Assembly (NCBI GenBank): GCA_019828565.1
Contig: JAHDYR010000038.1
Span: 1 to 64,000 of the forward strand
Length of the DNA: 64,000 nt
Direction of reading: 5' to 3'
Source of the DNA: Carpediemonas membranifera BICM
Lineage: Eukaryota; Protista; Fornicata
Positions 1-11,500 of this stretch are shown piece by piece. The notes beneath the pieces are model-generated. The model was not told the DNA's origin. It saw only the letters and a list, made by a program, of their open reading frames with translations, and did not search any database. How positions within the stretch are numbered: the stretch's first letter is position 1; every line of letters starts with the position of its first letter. The position numbers and the translations under genes were made by a program.

Positions 1-3000
1 GTATGCTGTGGCGCATACTTCCTACCCGGGGGCCGACTATGCCCATGCCCGACTAACAGCCGTGACCCAGCCCAGGACAAGAATGACCTAGACCACATTC
101 TAACCCACTCAGTCGACGCAATGGGCCCCGAGATCAAAGAAAATATGCGACAACTATCAACACAGCAGTTCCGCCGCCTCAACCAAGTGCTGGCATTCGC
201 CACGGTCATGACTGATGTCCAAGCATCGGACGGCATGTTCCTACGGTTTAGAGGCGCTACATTCGCGTTCGGCAAGGACCTTCATAACGCCAGAGTCATC
301 ACAGGGGAGGACGACGACACCCTACCAGCAGAGCTCATCGCGCGAGTGAGAGACTGGCTGAATGATCATTCCCAGACATACAGAGAGCTAGCAAGCGACC
401 TCGCCGCAGCAGCAGACATACCAGGCAGCTCAAGGTGCTGCGTCACATTCTCATTCACCCATGGCAATCAGAATGCAGCCCCAATTGCATTTACCCCGAA
501 CCCACTGATGACAGCAATCGTCAACGCGGACGTCGTAATCCCCCGTGCAAACAGGACAAGCTACGTTCAGTATGACAGCCCGATCGCAGCATTGGCAACA
601 TTCCCTCTCGTGTTCTGCGACGAGCGAGGATTCTCTCCAGAGTACAGCGCCAAGTTCAAGACTCTCAAGAACTGGGTCAAACACGTCCTGCACGCCAGCC
701 AATGTCGTTTTGTGCGCGCCAACCCCACGACACCAATGTTCCTGTCCATGATTCACACAGGACTCGAGCGCATCCAGGCGAGAGGATACTCAGTTACCTT
801 GAACAACGCCCAAGAAGCTGCTGGCGACGATGGCGTACTCAGCGCGAACGCTGACGGGTCGGCCCATCTCATCGCGCCGCCCACAATGCCACTATCTTAC
901 GCGTTCATGAACAACATGAGAGAGCACCTCACTGCCCTCCTTGCTCGTTTCGGCTCCCCCCATTTCTTCTGGACCTTTACCATTGACCCGTCCTACGTCA
1001 TGGATTATCTGGAAGAGCTGATCGCAGACGAAGAGTACCCACTCGACCCACCTCTAGTCATCGATGGCAGGCGCTACACGCCCAGAGACGCGCCGGTCGA
1101 CTCAGCTCGCACATGCATCGAGTACTTCTACACTATCTTCCAAAAGCTGGTAGAAGCTCTGGCCGGAACCGAATACCCAATCTGCGAATACGCCACGCGT
1201 GTTGAAGAGCAGGAGAACTCGATGCTACACGTACACACAGTCACGTGGCACAAGGGGATTGGTCAGCACACCCCAGAAGGTAACCGTCTTGACGCCAACC
1301 TCGTATCAGCAATCAACTCGATCATCTCAACTGACAGTTCAATACTGTCTGGTCGAGCCACGGTGTTCCAGACTCACACATGTAACGAACACTGCAGGAA
1401 CAACCACCACACCTGCAAACAGGGCTTCCCTGCCAAGGCTGCTACGGAATCATTCATCTCTGGAGACGGTCAGTTCGTGCCCAAGCGATCCGAGGTAGAC
1501 TCATACACCAACACGTTCTGTCCGATGGTTGCTGCACATCTTCACGGCTCAATGCACGTCTCCCCAGTCGTCTCCACCGAAATGATCATGTACATCGTCA
1601 AGTATATGACCAAGCAGCCAACGGAGGTCATTGAACAGATATCCCACGAGGTAGCATCAGTCGAACAACACCATCTCATCTACCAACAGAGGCGTCGGGT
1701 CATCGGCCCCCTCATGCTCGCCACTCTGCTCGACGGTGTATCCATATTCTCTACATCACGGGCGTTCATCAAGATTGACACAAACGTTCTACCACAGAAC
1801 AGAGTATTTGGCCCGCGGAACAACTGCATCAAGAATAAGGTCGGAGGTTGGCTCAAGTACTGCAAGCGCCCAGAAGCACTGGAGCACATCACTTACCTGA
1901 TTTACCTGACGCACTACGACACAAGGTCTGTCAAACTACCAGCATTTGAGAAGCTGCCCGATCACGAGAGAATATCCCACACTGGCGAGGACGGCACCGA
2001 ATACTTCTGGCGGATACATAAGCGCAAAGTTCCATACGCTGCATTTATTCCGATGACTACTCCACACGACGGTGACAGCCACTACTTCAACCTCCTCACA
2101 CTGTCATTCCCATGGAGAAGTGACGCTGAAATGACACATGGTTTCCACCGCCATGGAGGCCTAGCACTTACCGGCGTCGAACGCTGCTCTTACGCTGAAA
2201 AGTGTTTCGAGCTCGGACTGATTGACTCAGAAGAAGCCGACGACGACCAGATCTTCGATGTCGCTTGGCACATTCGTTTCGGGTCACTCTCAAAAGAAGG
2301 ATGCTTCGCAGTCGTCAGAGCATCCCTGGAGAAGAACGGAACAACACCAACGCTCCAAATGGTGTCAACCGTCAGAAACCCGACCCTCCGTGAAGACCTG
2401 ATCAAACATGTGCTGAAGAACACGGACAGAGCTTACATCATCAACCACGACGTTGTCAGCAGGTGGAAACAGCCAGTCGATATGGACACATCCATCGTCC
2501 TCGACGAGACACAAGAGAAGGTTTTCAAGCACTACCGAGAGAACCTCATCGCCAAGAAGCAGACTATTCTCCTACTATGTGGCCGTGCTGGCTCTGGAAA
2601 GTCTGTACTCGTGCGACACATCGCCAAGTTTACTGCAGCGAGAGGCAACCTAGTCCTCGTAACCGCATCGACTGGTGCAGCGGCTGTCAACATCGGGGGT
2701 ACAACCATCCACTCGCTCTTCAGATGGGCTGCCGAGAACCGATTCGCGGCTCCAGTCAAGGACACAGTGCCGTGGATTCTGCTCAACAACGCGACAACGC
2801 TGATCATCGATGAGGCATTCATGCTTTCCGCACCAGATATTCACGATCTCAACGAGGCGCTGTGTGTCGCGCGCAACAACACACTATCATTCGGTGGCAT
2901 CAACATGATCATCGTGGGAGACCCATACCAGCTCCCCCAGTCAACAAGCTCAAGTTTCCCGACTATCAGAGCGCGGCATTCTACCAATGGGGAGCGCACA

Positions 3001-5437
3001 GTACCAGCAAGATCACTTTAAGCGCTAACCACCGACAATCGACCGACAAGACGTTCGCGAGTATCCTCAACAGCCTTAAAACGAACAAGCTACGCGAGAA
3101 ACAGAAGGCAGCCCTTGCAAGCCGAGCAACGACTGACTGTCTCCAGTCACTCATTCAAGAGGCACTTCTCGGCGCAACCATTATCTGTGGCACACGCAAG
3201 AGACAGGCACACCTCAACTCGCTATGCATCGAAGCTCTCACCAGCTACACCAAGAGGCCAATACGCACATATGCCAACGCGGTTCTCTTCCCGCTGGCCA
3301 AGCACGAGGACATGATCGATGAACTCCCCGGCCAAGCCTCGCGCCTTTATGTACGACGCCACAGCCGAACTAGCTGTCACAGAGCATGTCCGCGACTTCG
3401 AGACACGACTCGTCGACCTCAAGATCTGCATCGGCGCCAAGGTCATGCTGACTGTGAATGACTATTACGATAAGGGCGTCGCCAACGGCTCGATCGGGGC
3501 TGTTGTGGGACTCAACAACCGTTCGGTCGACGTGAAATTCGAGCTGCCTTACAGCAACCCAGACCACCGGTTCGTACGCATCCGAGAGCAGACAGTCCCC
3601 GTCGGACCAACTGTACACCGCTACTTACCTCTCACTCTCGCATATGCCATCACTGTCCACAAGACCCAGGGTCGAACGATCCCCAACATCATCGTTGACC
3701 TGACTGACGACCGTCATCCACACGAGACACCGTTCTGGGAAACTGGTCAGCTGTACACGGCAGTATCACGCGCTCCATCGCTCGATGACGTCAGATTCTA
3801 TGGACTCCTCATGATGTCCAAAGAGCTCCAAGGCGGCGAAGAAGGCGCGACATACAGAGTCTTCGACCTGTTCATTCATAAGCTGAGATCGCCCACATTC
3901 AAGCTTCCAAGAATGTTCGACGGCAAGCAGAGCTTTTTCGCACAAAGGCTCCCACAACAAGCAGGTCACGCTGCATCAGTTCCAGTCATCGTACCCAGTT
4001 CCGTCTGATCAGCACGACACCATTGCCATATCAGGATATGCAGGCGACTACAAGCCCCCAGAATCGGTGATGAACGATCCAAAACTTGAGCCATTAGACC
4101 CACCGACCATCGATGACTTCATCCCACTCAGCGTCATTACCGAAGGCTCGGAGGTCACAGCCAATTTCGTCATCATTGACGGCATCAAGGCCGCACGAGT
4201 TCACCACGGACGCACAGCCAAGGGCGACGACACCACATCCAAGCTTAAGTTCTGGACAGCCAACACAAAGGACTGTTACCGGGTCGTCACGTCCACTCAC
4301 GTTAGCCACAAGATCACAGCACCCGCCATGAGAGAGCGTGTCATTAACCTCGACATGATACCCGATCGCGTCCATCCACGGACACTGAGACGCAAAGCAC
4401 CCCCGCCACCTCCAAGCCCTCGCAAGAGGAACAAGACGAAGCCACGCAAAGTCAGAGCCAAACCTCGCCCGGTGGCTAAGCTGCCAAAGCGGAAGCCGAA
4501 ACCATCCACCGCAAAGGTTCACACAATCCTCGACGAAAAGACGTCCTCATGCACGACTCCCGCCCGCCAACGTCAACCGCCCAATACTCACGTCTTTGCT
4601 CACTACAACATGCGGGCCACCGACAATCCAGGCGGAGGGAGTTGCGCGATATACACTGCTCGCAATCTTGATGACAGGTGGGCAGATCTCGACATACAAG
4701 ACATTCGCGATGAGGCCATCAATTTCATCGAGGAGCGGAGCGCTAATATTTTCTCCGCTGGCTGGGCGTTCGAAAGAAGTATAGCTGAGACAATCCGGAC
4801 TGGCAGAGACAGCCGGACATGGCTCAACTGCAGCCTTGTCTGGCGAGTGCTCATGAAGGCGTCAGGAATCAACTCGGGCAGTGTACTCGAATACCGCGCC
4901 AACGAGTACGATGGTCTCAGTGTCATAAGACACTCATTCGACAATGACGGCCCGATCAGATCTCAGTTCGTACACACAGTCACCCACGTATACGAACGCG
5001 GGATATACTTCATTGACGGAGACTGCGCTCACTACATGATGGCTGACCCGATCAACCCTGAACACCCCACCCTACTGCGCCGCAACAACCTCCCCGAGCA
5101 TATCGATCTCACCGGCGATGCCGAGCCAGCCGCCGAGCCTCAACATGGATCACAGATCGCCAACATAACAGCTGCATCCATAGTCACAGGAAGAACGATC
5201 TCAGCCAGACGCAACGCTGCCAGAGAGGCGCGAGCGAATCTCGAGACAGTCATCGAAATTGAGTCGCAACCCACAGCGCTACCCCACGAGTTAAGTTACG
5301 CACCTCCCAGGCATACACACCGGATCACTTCAATCGCAAGACCCAAAAGATTGGAACCCGCACCATCTGTCGACAAGCAAGGGAATCCCGTCCGAAGATC
5401 ATCAAGGCTGAAGGAGAAGGCCGAGAGAATGACATAA
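1..5437 (+). pseudogene. RepHel polyprotein A (Zn finger - HUH Rep - Pif1 helicase - OTU-like), broken by 3 single-base frameshifts (~2935, ~3332, ~3936)
   Basis: Frame 1 is open from base 1 (VCCGAYFLPGGRLCPCP). Rep motifs: HFFWTFT, EEQENSMLHVH, YIVKYMTK. Pif1 motifs: GRAGSGKS, DEAFML, GDPYQLP, HRQ, TVHKTQGRT, GQLYTAVSRA. ORFs 121-3021, 2862-3461, 3319-4008 and 4067-5437 are colinear with copy B. OTU-like NPGGGSCA...HY lies in the last piece. Confidence 0.85.
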
Positions 5438-5471
5438 TAAATAGAGAAGAGTTGCCCATTGGTTTGTCAGA

Positions 5472-5613
5472 CGGGGGGCTCGGTCGCTCCTCCGGCTTCG
5501 TTCGGCTTCGCTTCGCTCCGGGCGCTCGTCGCTACGCTCCTCCCGCCCTCCGCTACGCTACGCCTCTCTACGCCTCCGTCACTCCCTCTGCCCCCCTGCG
5601 ACCCCCCGCGGAC
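5472..5613. repeat. Conserved GC-rich structured 3' block of Helitron A
   Basis: Matches 14774-14917 with only 3 differences (2 indels, 1 substitution). Closed by CGGGGGG...CCCCCCG. Confidence 0.9.
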
Positions 5614-6426
5614 TCCGCTTCCGTCATCAAGAGTGTGTTCGGCCACATATTGGTTTTGACCTCACCTGCTGTACGCCGGACTCGAACCCAGGCCTCGTGA
5701 ATCAAAATTCAGTTCTCGACAAAGGGGAATTTCCGATCGAAACGAAAGTCCATTCCCCAGAGATACAGGCCCGCAAACGCGATTCGCGATACTCATTTCA
5801 CTTAAAGCCAAAAAAAAATCCATTTATCAATTACGCGCGAACTAAGCTCGAATAAGAACCGCCCGACAAATGCAAGGTAGCTATGGCTATGGCACTTAGA
5901 TAGCCAGAGTTTCAGCCCGATCGGTCGAATTCGCACTTTTAGTGCAAGCCAAAAAGTGCCACTCAATTCCCCAGCCGTCCACCGATCGCCCACAAAGACA
6001 GTGGTATCACACTCCCCAAAGACTCTAGCATGCATGCTATATGCCCGCTTTCATCGGGCTACCTCCGGTATATGCGGACTCGAACCTCGGAACATGGTAT
6101 GATTCCGTTTTGAATTTAAGCACACCCAGGAATTTAGCGAAATATCTAAGTGGCGTGGGAGGTCCCAGGTAACCACTGATCAAGACCGGGCAGTGCTGGA
6201 GCTCTAGCTCAACTGGAAGATATAGCACTGGGGTCAAAGTTCTCGCGTACTGACCTTTTTTGGGCACCCCAGATCTCTAGATTCGGAAGATCGAATCTCG
6301 GGTCCGATGATGGCGATCATACTGGCCCGGCCGGTAGGTAAGGGGCAGGTGTAGAGCGTAGTGTCAGAGTGCACACAGCGGTCAGGGACCAGCGTTGAAA
6401 AAAAGTCCACTTATATATATACTGTT

Positions 6427-7297
6427 TATGCTCCATCTCCGCCCCATCACCGCCAAATTCCGAGGATCGAATTCCGCGACTCAAACCCAGAGTTGCAGAC
6501 CTCAGCGTTCACAACCACCCCCGGCTAGACACGTTCTAGGCCCCATAGAGCACATTTCACTCTTCACCTCGCTGAAACCATGGTCAAGTTGATCCAGCCA
6601 CGTCGCTCAGCTTCAATCACGCAAGGCGAGCGGACAACGAGTAGACCACACCCAGATGAAGGCTGAATCGCGACATGTGCGCTCTACAGCTGTCTATAGG
6701 CCCGCACGCATACATGGGTGCGAAGTCCCAGCCCTCCAATGTCACGTATTGACGAGGTCGTAAAAGCATATCTTTACTCAATCTTTTTGACCTCAAGTCG
6801 TGGACTGCCCGGGGGTAGTTCGGGGCGCTGAACACGCTGGTGAAGTCCCCTATGCTCCATCTCTGCTCAATCACCGCCAAATTCCGAGGATCGAATTCCG
6901 CGACTCAAACCCAGAGTTGCAGACCTCAGCGTTCACAACCACCCCCGGCTAGACACGTTCTAGGCCCCATAGAGCACATTTCACTCTTCACCTCGCTGAA
7001 ACCATGGTCAAGTTGATCCAGCCACGTCGCTCAGCTTCAATCACGCAAGGCGAGCGGACAACGAGTAGACCACACCCAGATGGAGGCTGAATCGCGACAT
7101 GTGCGCTCTACAGCTGTCTATAGGCCCGCACGCATACATGGGTGCGAAGTCCCAGCCCTCAAATGTCACGTATTGACGAGGTCGTCAAAGCATATCTTTA
7201 CTCAATCTTTTGACCTCAAGTCGTGGACTGCCCGGGGGTAGTTCGGGGCGCTGAACACGCTGGTGAAGTCCCCTATGCTCCATCTCCGCCCAATCAC
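6427..7297. repeat. Tandem repeat, ~424-bp unit x2 plus the start of a third
   Basis: Unit start TATGCTCCATCTC at 6427, 6851 and 7274; copies nearly identical. Confidence 0.95.
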
Positions 7298-7451
7298 CCA
7301 CACTCAACGCCGACACCCCAATGTGTGTCCAATGGACACACGAAAATCCAAACTCCAGACCAAGAGCACGCCAGGCGCTGTCACTGCACACACGCACAGC
7401 ACTGGCCCCCCACTCCTCACAAGAGCACGCACCAGGCTCAACGCCGACACC

Positions 7452-8500
7452 AAAATGCGGACTCAGAGTCATCATTTTGGCAGGCGCTTTAAGACACATC
7501 ACCAGAACTCGACTCGCAAGCGCACGAGCGCGCTACGAAGCTCAGAAGTACTAGATAAACACCAACTGCGTCACTACAGCGAGTTTCGTCGTTGCAAAAA
7601 TGCGGACTCAGAGTCATCATTTTGGCAGGCGCTTTAAGACACATCACCAGAACTCGACTCGCAAGCGCACGAGCGCGCTACGAAGCTCAGAAGTACTAGA
7701 TAAACACCAACTGCGTCACTACAGCGAGTTTCGTCGTTGCAAAAATGCGGACTCAGAGTCATCATTTTGGCAGGCGCTTTAAGACACATCACCAGAACTC
7801 GACTCGCAAGCGCACGAGCGCGCTACGAAGCTCAGAAGTACTAGATAAACACCAACTGCGTCACTACAGCGAGTTTCGTCGTTGCAAAAATGCGGACTCA
7901 GAGTCATCATTTTGGCAGGCGCTTTAAGACACATCACCAGAACTCGACTCGCAAGCGCACGAGCGCGCTACGAAGCTCAGAAGTACTAGATAAACACCAA
8001 CTGCGTCACTACAGCGAGTTTCGTCGTTGCAAAAATGCGGACTCAGAGTCATCATTTTGGCAGGCGCTTTAAGACACATCACCAGAACTCGACTCGCAAG
8101 CGCACGAGCGCGCTACGAAGCTCAGAAGTACTAGATAAACACCAACTGCGTCACTACAGCGAGTTTCGTCGTTGCAAAAATGCGGACTCAGAGTCATCAT
8201 TTTGGCAGGCGCTTTAAGACACATCGCCAGAACTCGACTCGCAAGCGCACGAGCGCGCTACGAAGCTCAGAAGTACTAGATAAACACCAACTGCGTCACT
8301 ACAGCGAGTTTCGTCGTTGCAAAAATGCGGACTCAGAGTCATCATTTTGGCAGGCGCTTTAAGACACATCACCAGAACTCGACTCGCAAGCGCACGAGCG
8401 CGCTACGAAGCTCAGAAGTACTAGATAAACACCAACTGCGTCACTACAGCGAGTTTCGTCGTTGCAAAAATGCGGACTCAGAGTCATCATTTTGGCAGGC
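7452..8500. repeat. Tandem repeat, 145-bp unit x7 plus a partial 8th
   Basis: ATGCGGACTCAGAGTC at 7455, 7600, 7745, 7890, 8035, 8180, 8325 and 8470. One substitution seen (~8226). Confidence 0.97.
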
Positions 8501-8521
8501 ACTTTTAGGATCACGAGATTC

Positions 8522-11500
8522 ATGCCGGACTACGATATAATCAACAGTACCGATTTGGGCATTCCTATTGATGCAGGCGGCTCGGATGGCTGGTCTTCAG
8601 ACGAGCTGACCCCATCGTCTGACTTATCGGACATCTCTGATCTGATTGACGACGACTTTGTCCCAAGCGATGACGATCTTGCCATTTATCGTGTCATCGA
8701 CAGGGATTACGCACCCCCAGAGCGCCCACGGTTGATCCGCCCACCGTCCCCGCCACCGGCATCCGAGATCGATCTATTTGAGGTATCACTGACACCAATT
8801 CGCCCGAAGGTTCTGGAAAGAACCATCTGCGCCGTGTGCAAGCACATCCGCCTGCCTGGGTGCAAGCAGTGTCCATGTCCAGCCGACGACGGCGGCAGAC
8901 TAACCGACCTACAGGACGAACTCAGCTCTATGCTGACGAGGAGCATCGGTGCATTCGACGCAGAAACGGCCCAACACATCAAGGCGCTATCACACCGAGA
9001 GTTCCGCGCACTCAACCACGCACTTGCACTTGCTACGACATGGACATCCGTCCAGGCATCCAAGGGATTGTTTGTCGTGTTTAAGGGCGTCACGACCGCG
9101 TTTGGCAAGACAGACCAATATGCACAAACAATTTGTGGCGACAGTATCGCAACTGTGCCACAAAGAGCTCTCGACCTGACTCGCGAGTGGCTGACTGCCA
9201 ACTCGGCCACATTCCGAGCGATGAGATCAACTATCCAAGAAGCAACGAATGACGGAATCGAGGGACAGATCTCGTTCAGTTTCACCAACCAACGAGACCA
9301 GGGAAATCACATAGCGTTTACCCCGAACGCAGCAATGTCAAATGTTGCCAACGCAGACGCTGTCGCTACATGGTTAGACGAAGATAACGTGCGGAGAACG
9401 AAGTATGTGCAGTTTGAGTCAGACATTGCCGCTTTTGCTACATTCCCGCTCCTATTTCCAGATGGTCGCGGGTTTTCAGACCAATATCGCGCCCGATACA
9501 AGCACCTAAAGACTTGGGTACGCCACACCATCAACGCAGCACAGACTTCTTTTGTGCGCACGAACCCAGCAACAGCCACATTCCTCTCACTCGCACACAC
9601 ATCATACGAGCGCATTACCGCGAGGCGCTACACCGGAATTGTCGACGAGGCACAAACAGAGGCGGCGAATAACGGCGTACTCAGCGTGAACGCCAACGGC
9701 AACACACACAGCATCGCGCCACCGACACTACAGCTGTCACTGGGCCACATGCATGCAATTGAAGACCACCTCAAGGCAATGCTGGCACGATATGGATGTC
9801 CACACTTTTTCTGGACCTTTACAATTGACCCAGACAGTGTCATTCAATGCCTACACGAGATGGCAGCAGACCCAAGCGACCCGTTGCCACCGCCACTGTT
9901 CGAACGCCGCCACACTCCTCGCCACGCTCCTGTGGATGCCGCACACGTCTGCCTCGAGTACTTTACTACTATATTCGAAGAGCTGAAGTCAAAATTGACA
10001 GGCACAACGGAGAACCCAGGCGACTTTCCTATTTGTGAGTTTGCCACGCGAATTGAGGAGCAAGAGAACTCAATGCTTCACATCCACACAGTAACGTGGC
10101 ACAAGGGTATTGGCCAGAAGCTACCAACCGGTGATATCTTCACTGAGCGCCTCGCAAAGGCAGTAGACGCAATTGTTTCCACAGATTCATCGGTGATGTC
10201 CCCGAAATCCACTTTCTATCAGACCCACAGGTGCAACGAACACTGCAAGCGCCGCGGAACGCAGTGCAAGCAAGGTTACCCAGCCCCCGCATGCAATATC
10301 AGCCACATCAATCAGAACGGCGAATTCCTAGCCAAGCGCACTCAGTCAGACGCATTCATAACACCATTCTGTCCCCTCATCGCCGAAAACATTCTGGGCT
10401 CTATGCACGTGACTCCAGTCACATCAGCTGAGGTAATCATGTATCTGACAAAGTATATCACGAAGCCACCGGCCGAAGTGATTGAGGAAGTGTCGGCACG
10501 AGACACTCGCGACATCGAACCGCACCATCTCATCTTCCAGCAGAGGCGCCGCATCATAGGACCTCCGATGCTTGCAATCTTGCTCGAGGGGACTTCAATC
10601 TTTTCTGCATCCACGCCACACGAGAAGATTGACACCGACGTACTCCCCGAGAAGCGAATATACGGCCCTAGGAACCGATGCACCACCAACAAGGTCGGGG
10701 AGTGGACCAAGTACTACAATCGCCCCGTGGAGCTAGAACACCTCACATACGTCCAATTCAGGACGTTCTACGACACCAGGTCGAAGAAAGCGTCTGAAAT
10801 CTCGAAGTTCAAGGACGAGGAACAGATCAGATACAGTGGCGCCGATGGCACCAAATACTTCTGGCGAATATGGAAGCGCCGACGCCCAGTCACTGCATGT
10901 ATCCCCATGACGATCCCAAGTGATGGAGACAGACATTACTTCAACCTCCTAGCACTTCACAAGCCATGGAGAAGCGACGAAGAGATGCGGTCAATTGGGA
11001 CAACGAGATGCTCATATTCAGAGAAGTGTTTCGATCTCGGACTTATCGACGACGACGAGTTAGACGACGATCAGGCGTTTGACATCGCTTGGCACTTGCA
11101 TTTCAACACGAACCTGGACAACCACGGCTACATGGCTATTGTTCGAGCAGCATTAGAGAAGAACGGCGCAGAAACGACCATGCAGATGATCAACGCTGTA
11201 CAAGACGTGTCCCGCAAGTACATGTTGATGAAGCACGTGCTCAACAACACGAAACAGGCATACGTCACCAACCACGACGTTATCGCGAGGTGGGAAGCCC
11301 CAAGAAAGCTCGACACGTCGATCAATCTCGACTCAAACCAGGCCACGATCCTCAACCACTATGTGTCAAAGCTCAGATCCAAGACTCAGACAATCCTCCT
11401 TCTCATGGGACGCGCTGGTACTGGTAAGTCAGTTGTCCTCCGACACATCGCAAAGCACACCTCCGACCAGGGTCTTCTGGTGCTAGTCACTGCCGCAACA

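Larger units (their letters stand above)
1..5613 (+). mobile_element. Helitron-like rolling-circle transposon, copy A (5' part outside window)
   Basis: Encodes an HUH Y2 Rep plus a Pif1 helicase, and ends in the 142-bp block shared with copy B. Confidence 0.88.

Noticed and set aside
5670-6090. tRNA genes suggested by GGACTCGAACC (reverse B-box) at ~5678 and ~6076
   Set aside because: T-stem pairing fails and no cloverleaf can be built; at most isolated B-box-like motifs.
7452-8500. CRISPR array, or repeated 60-aa ORFs
   Set aside because: Whole 145-bp units are identical with no unique spacers and no cas genes; the ORFs are by-products of the repeat.
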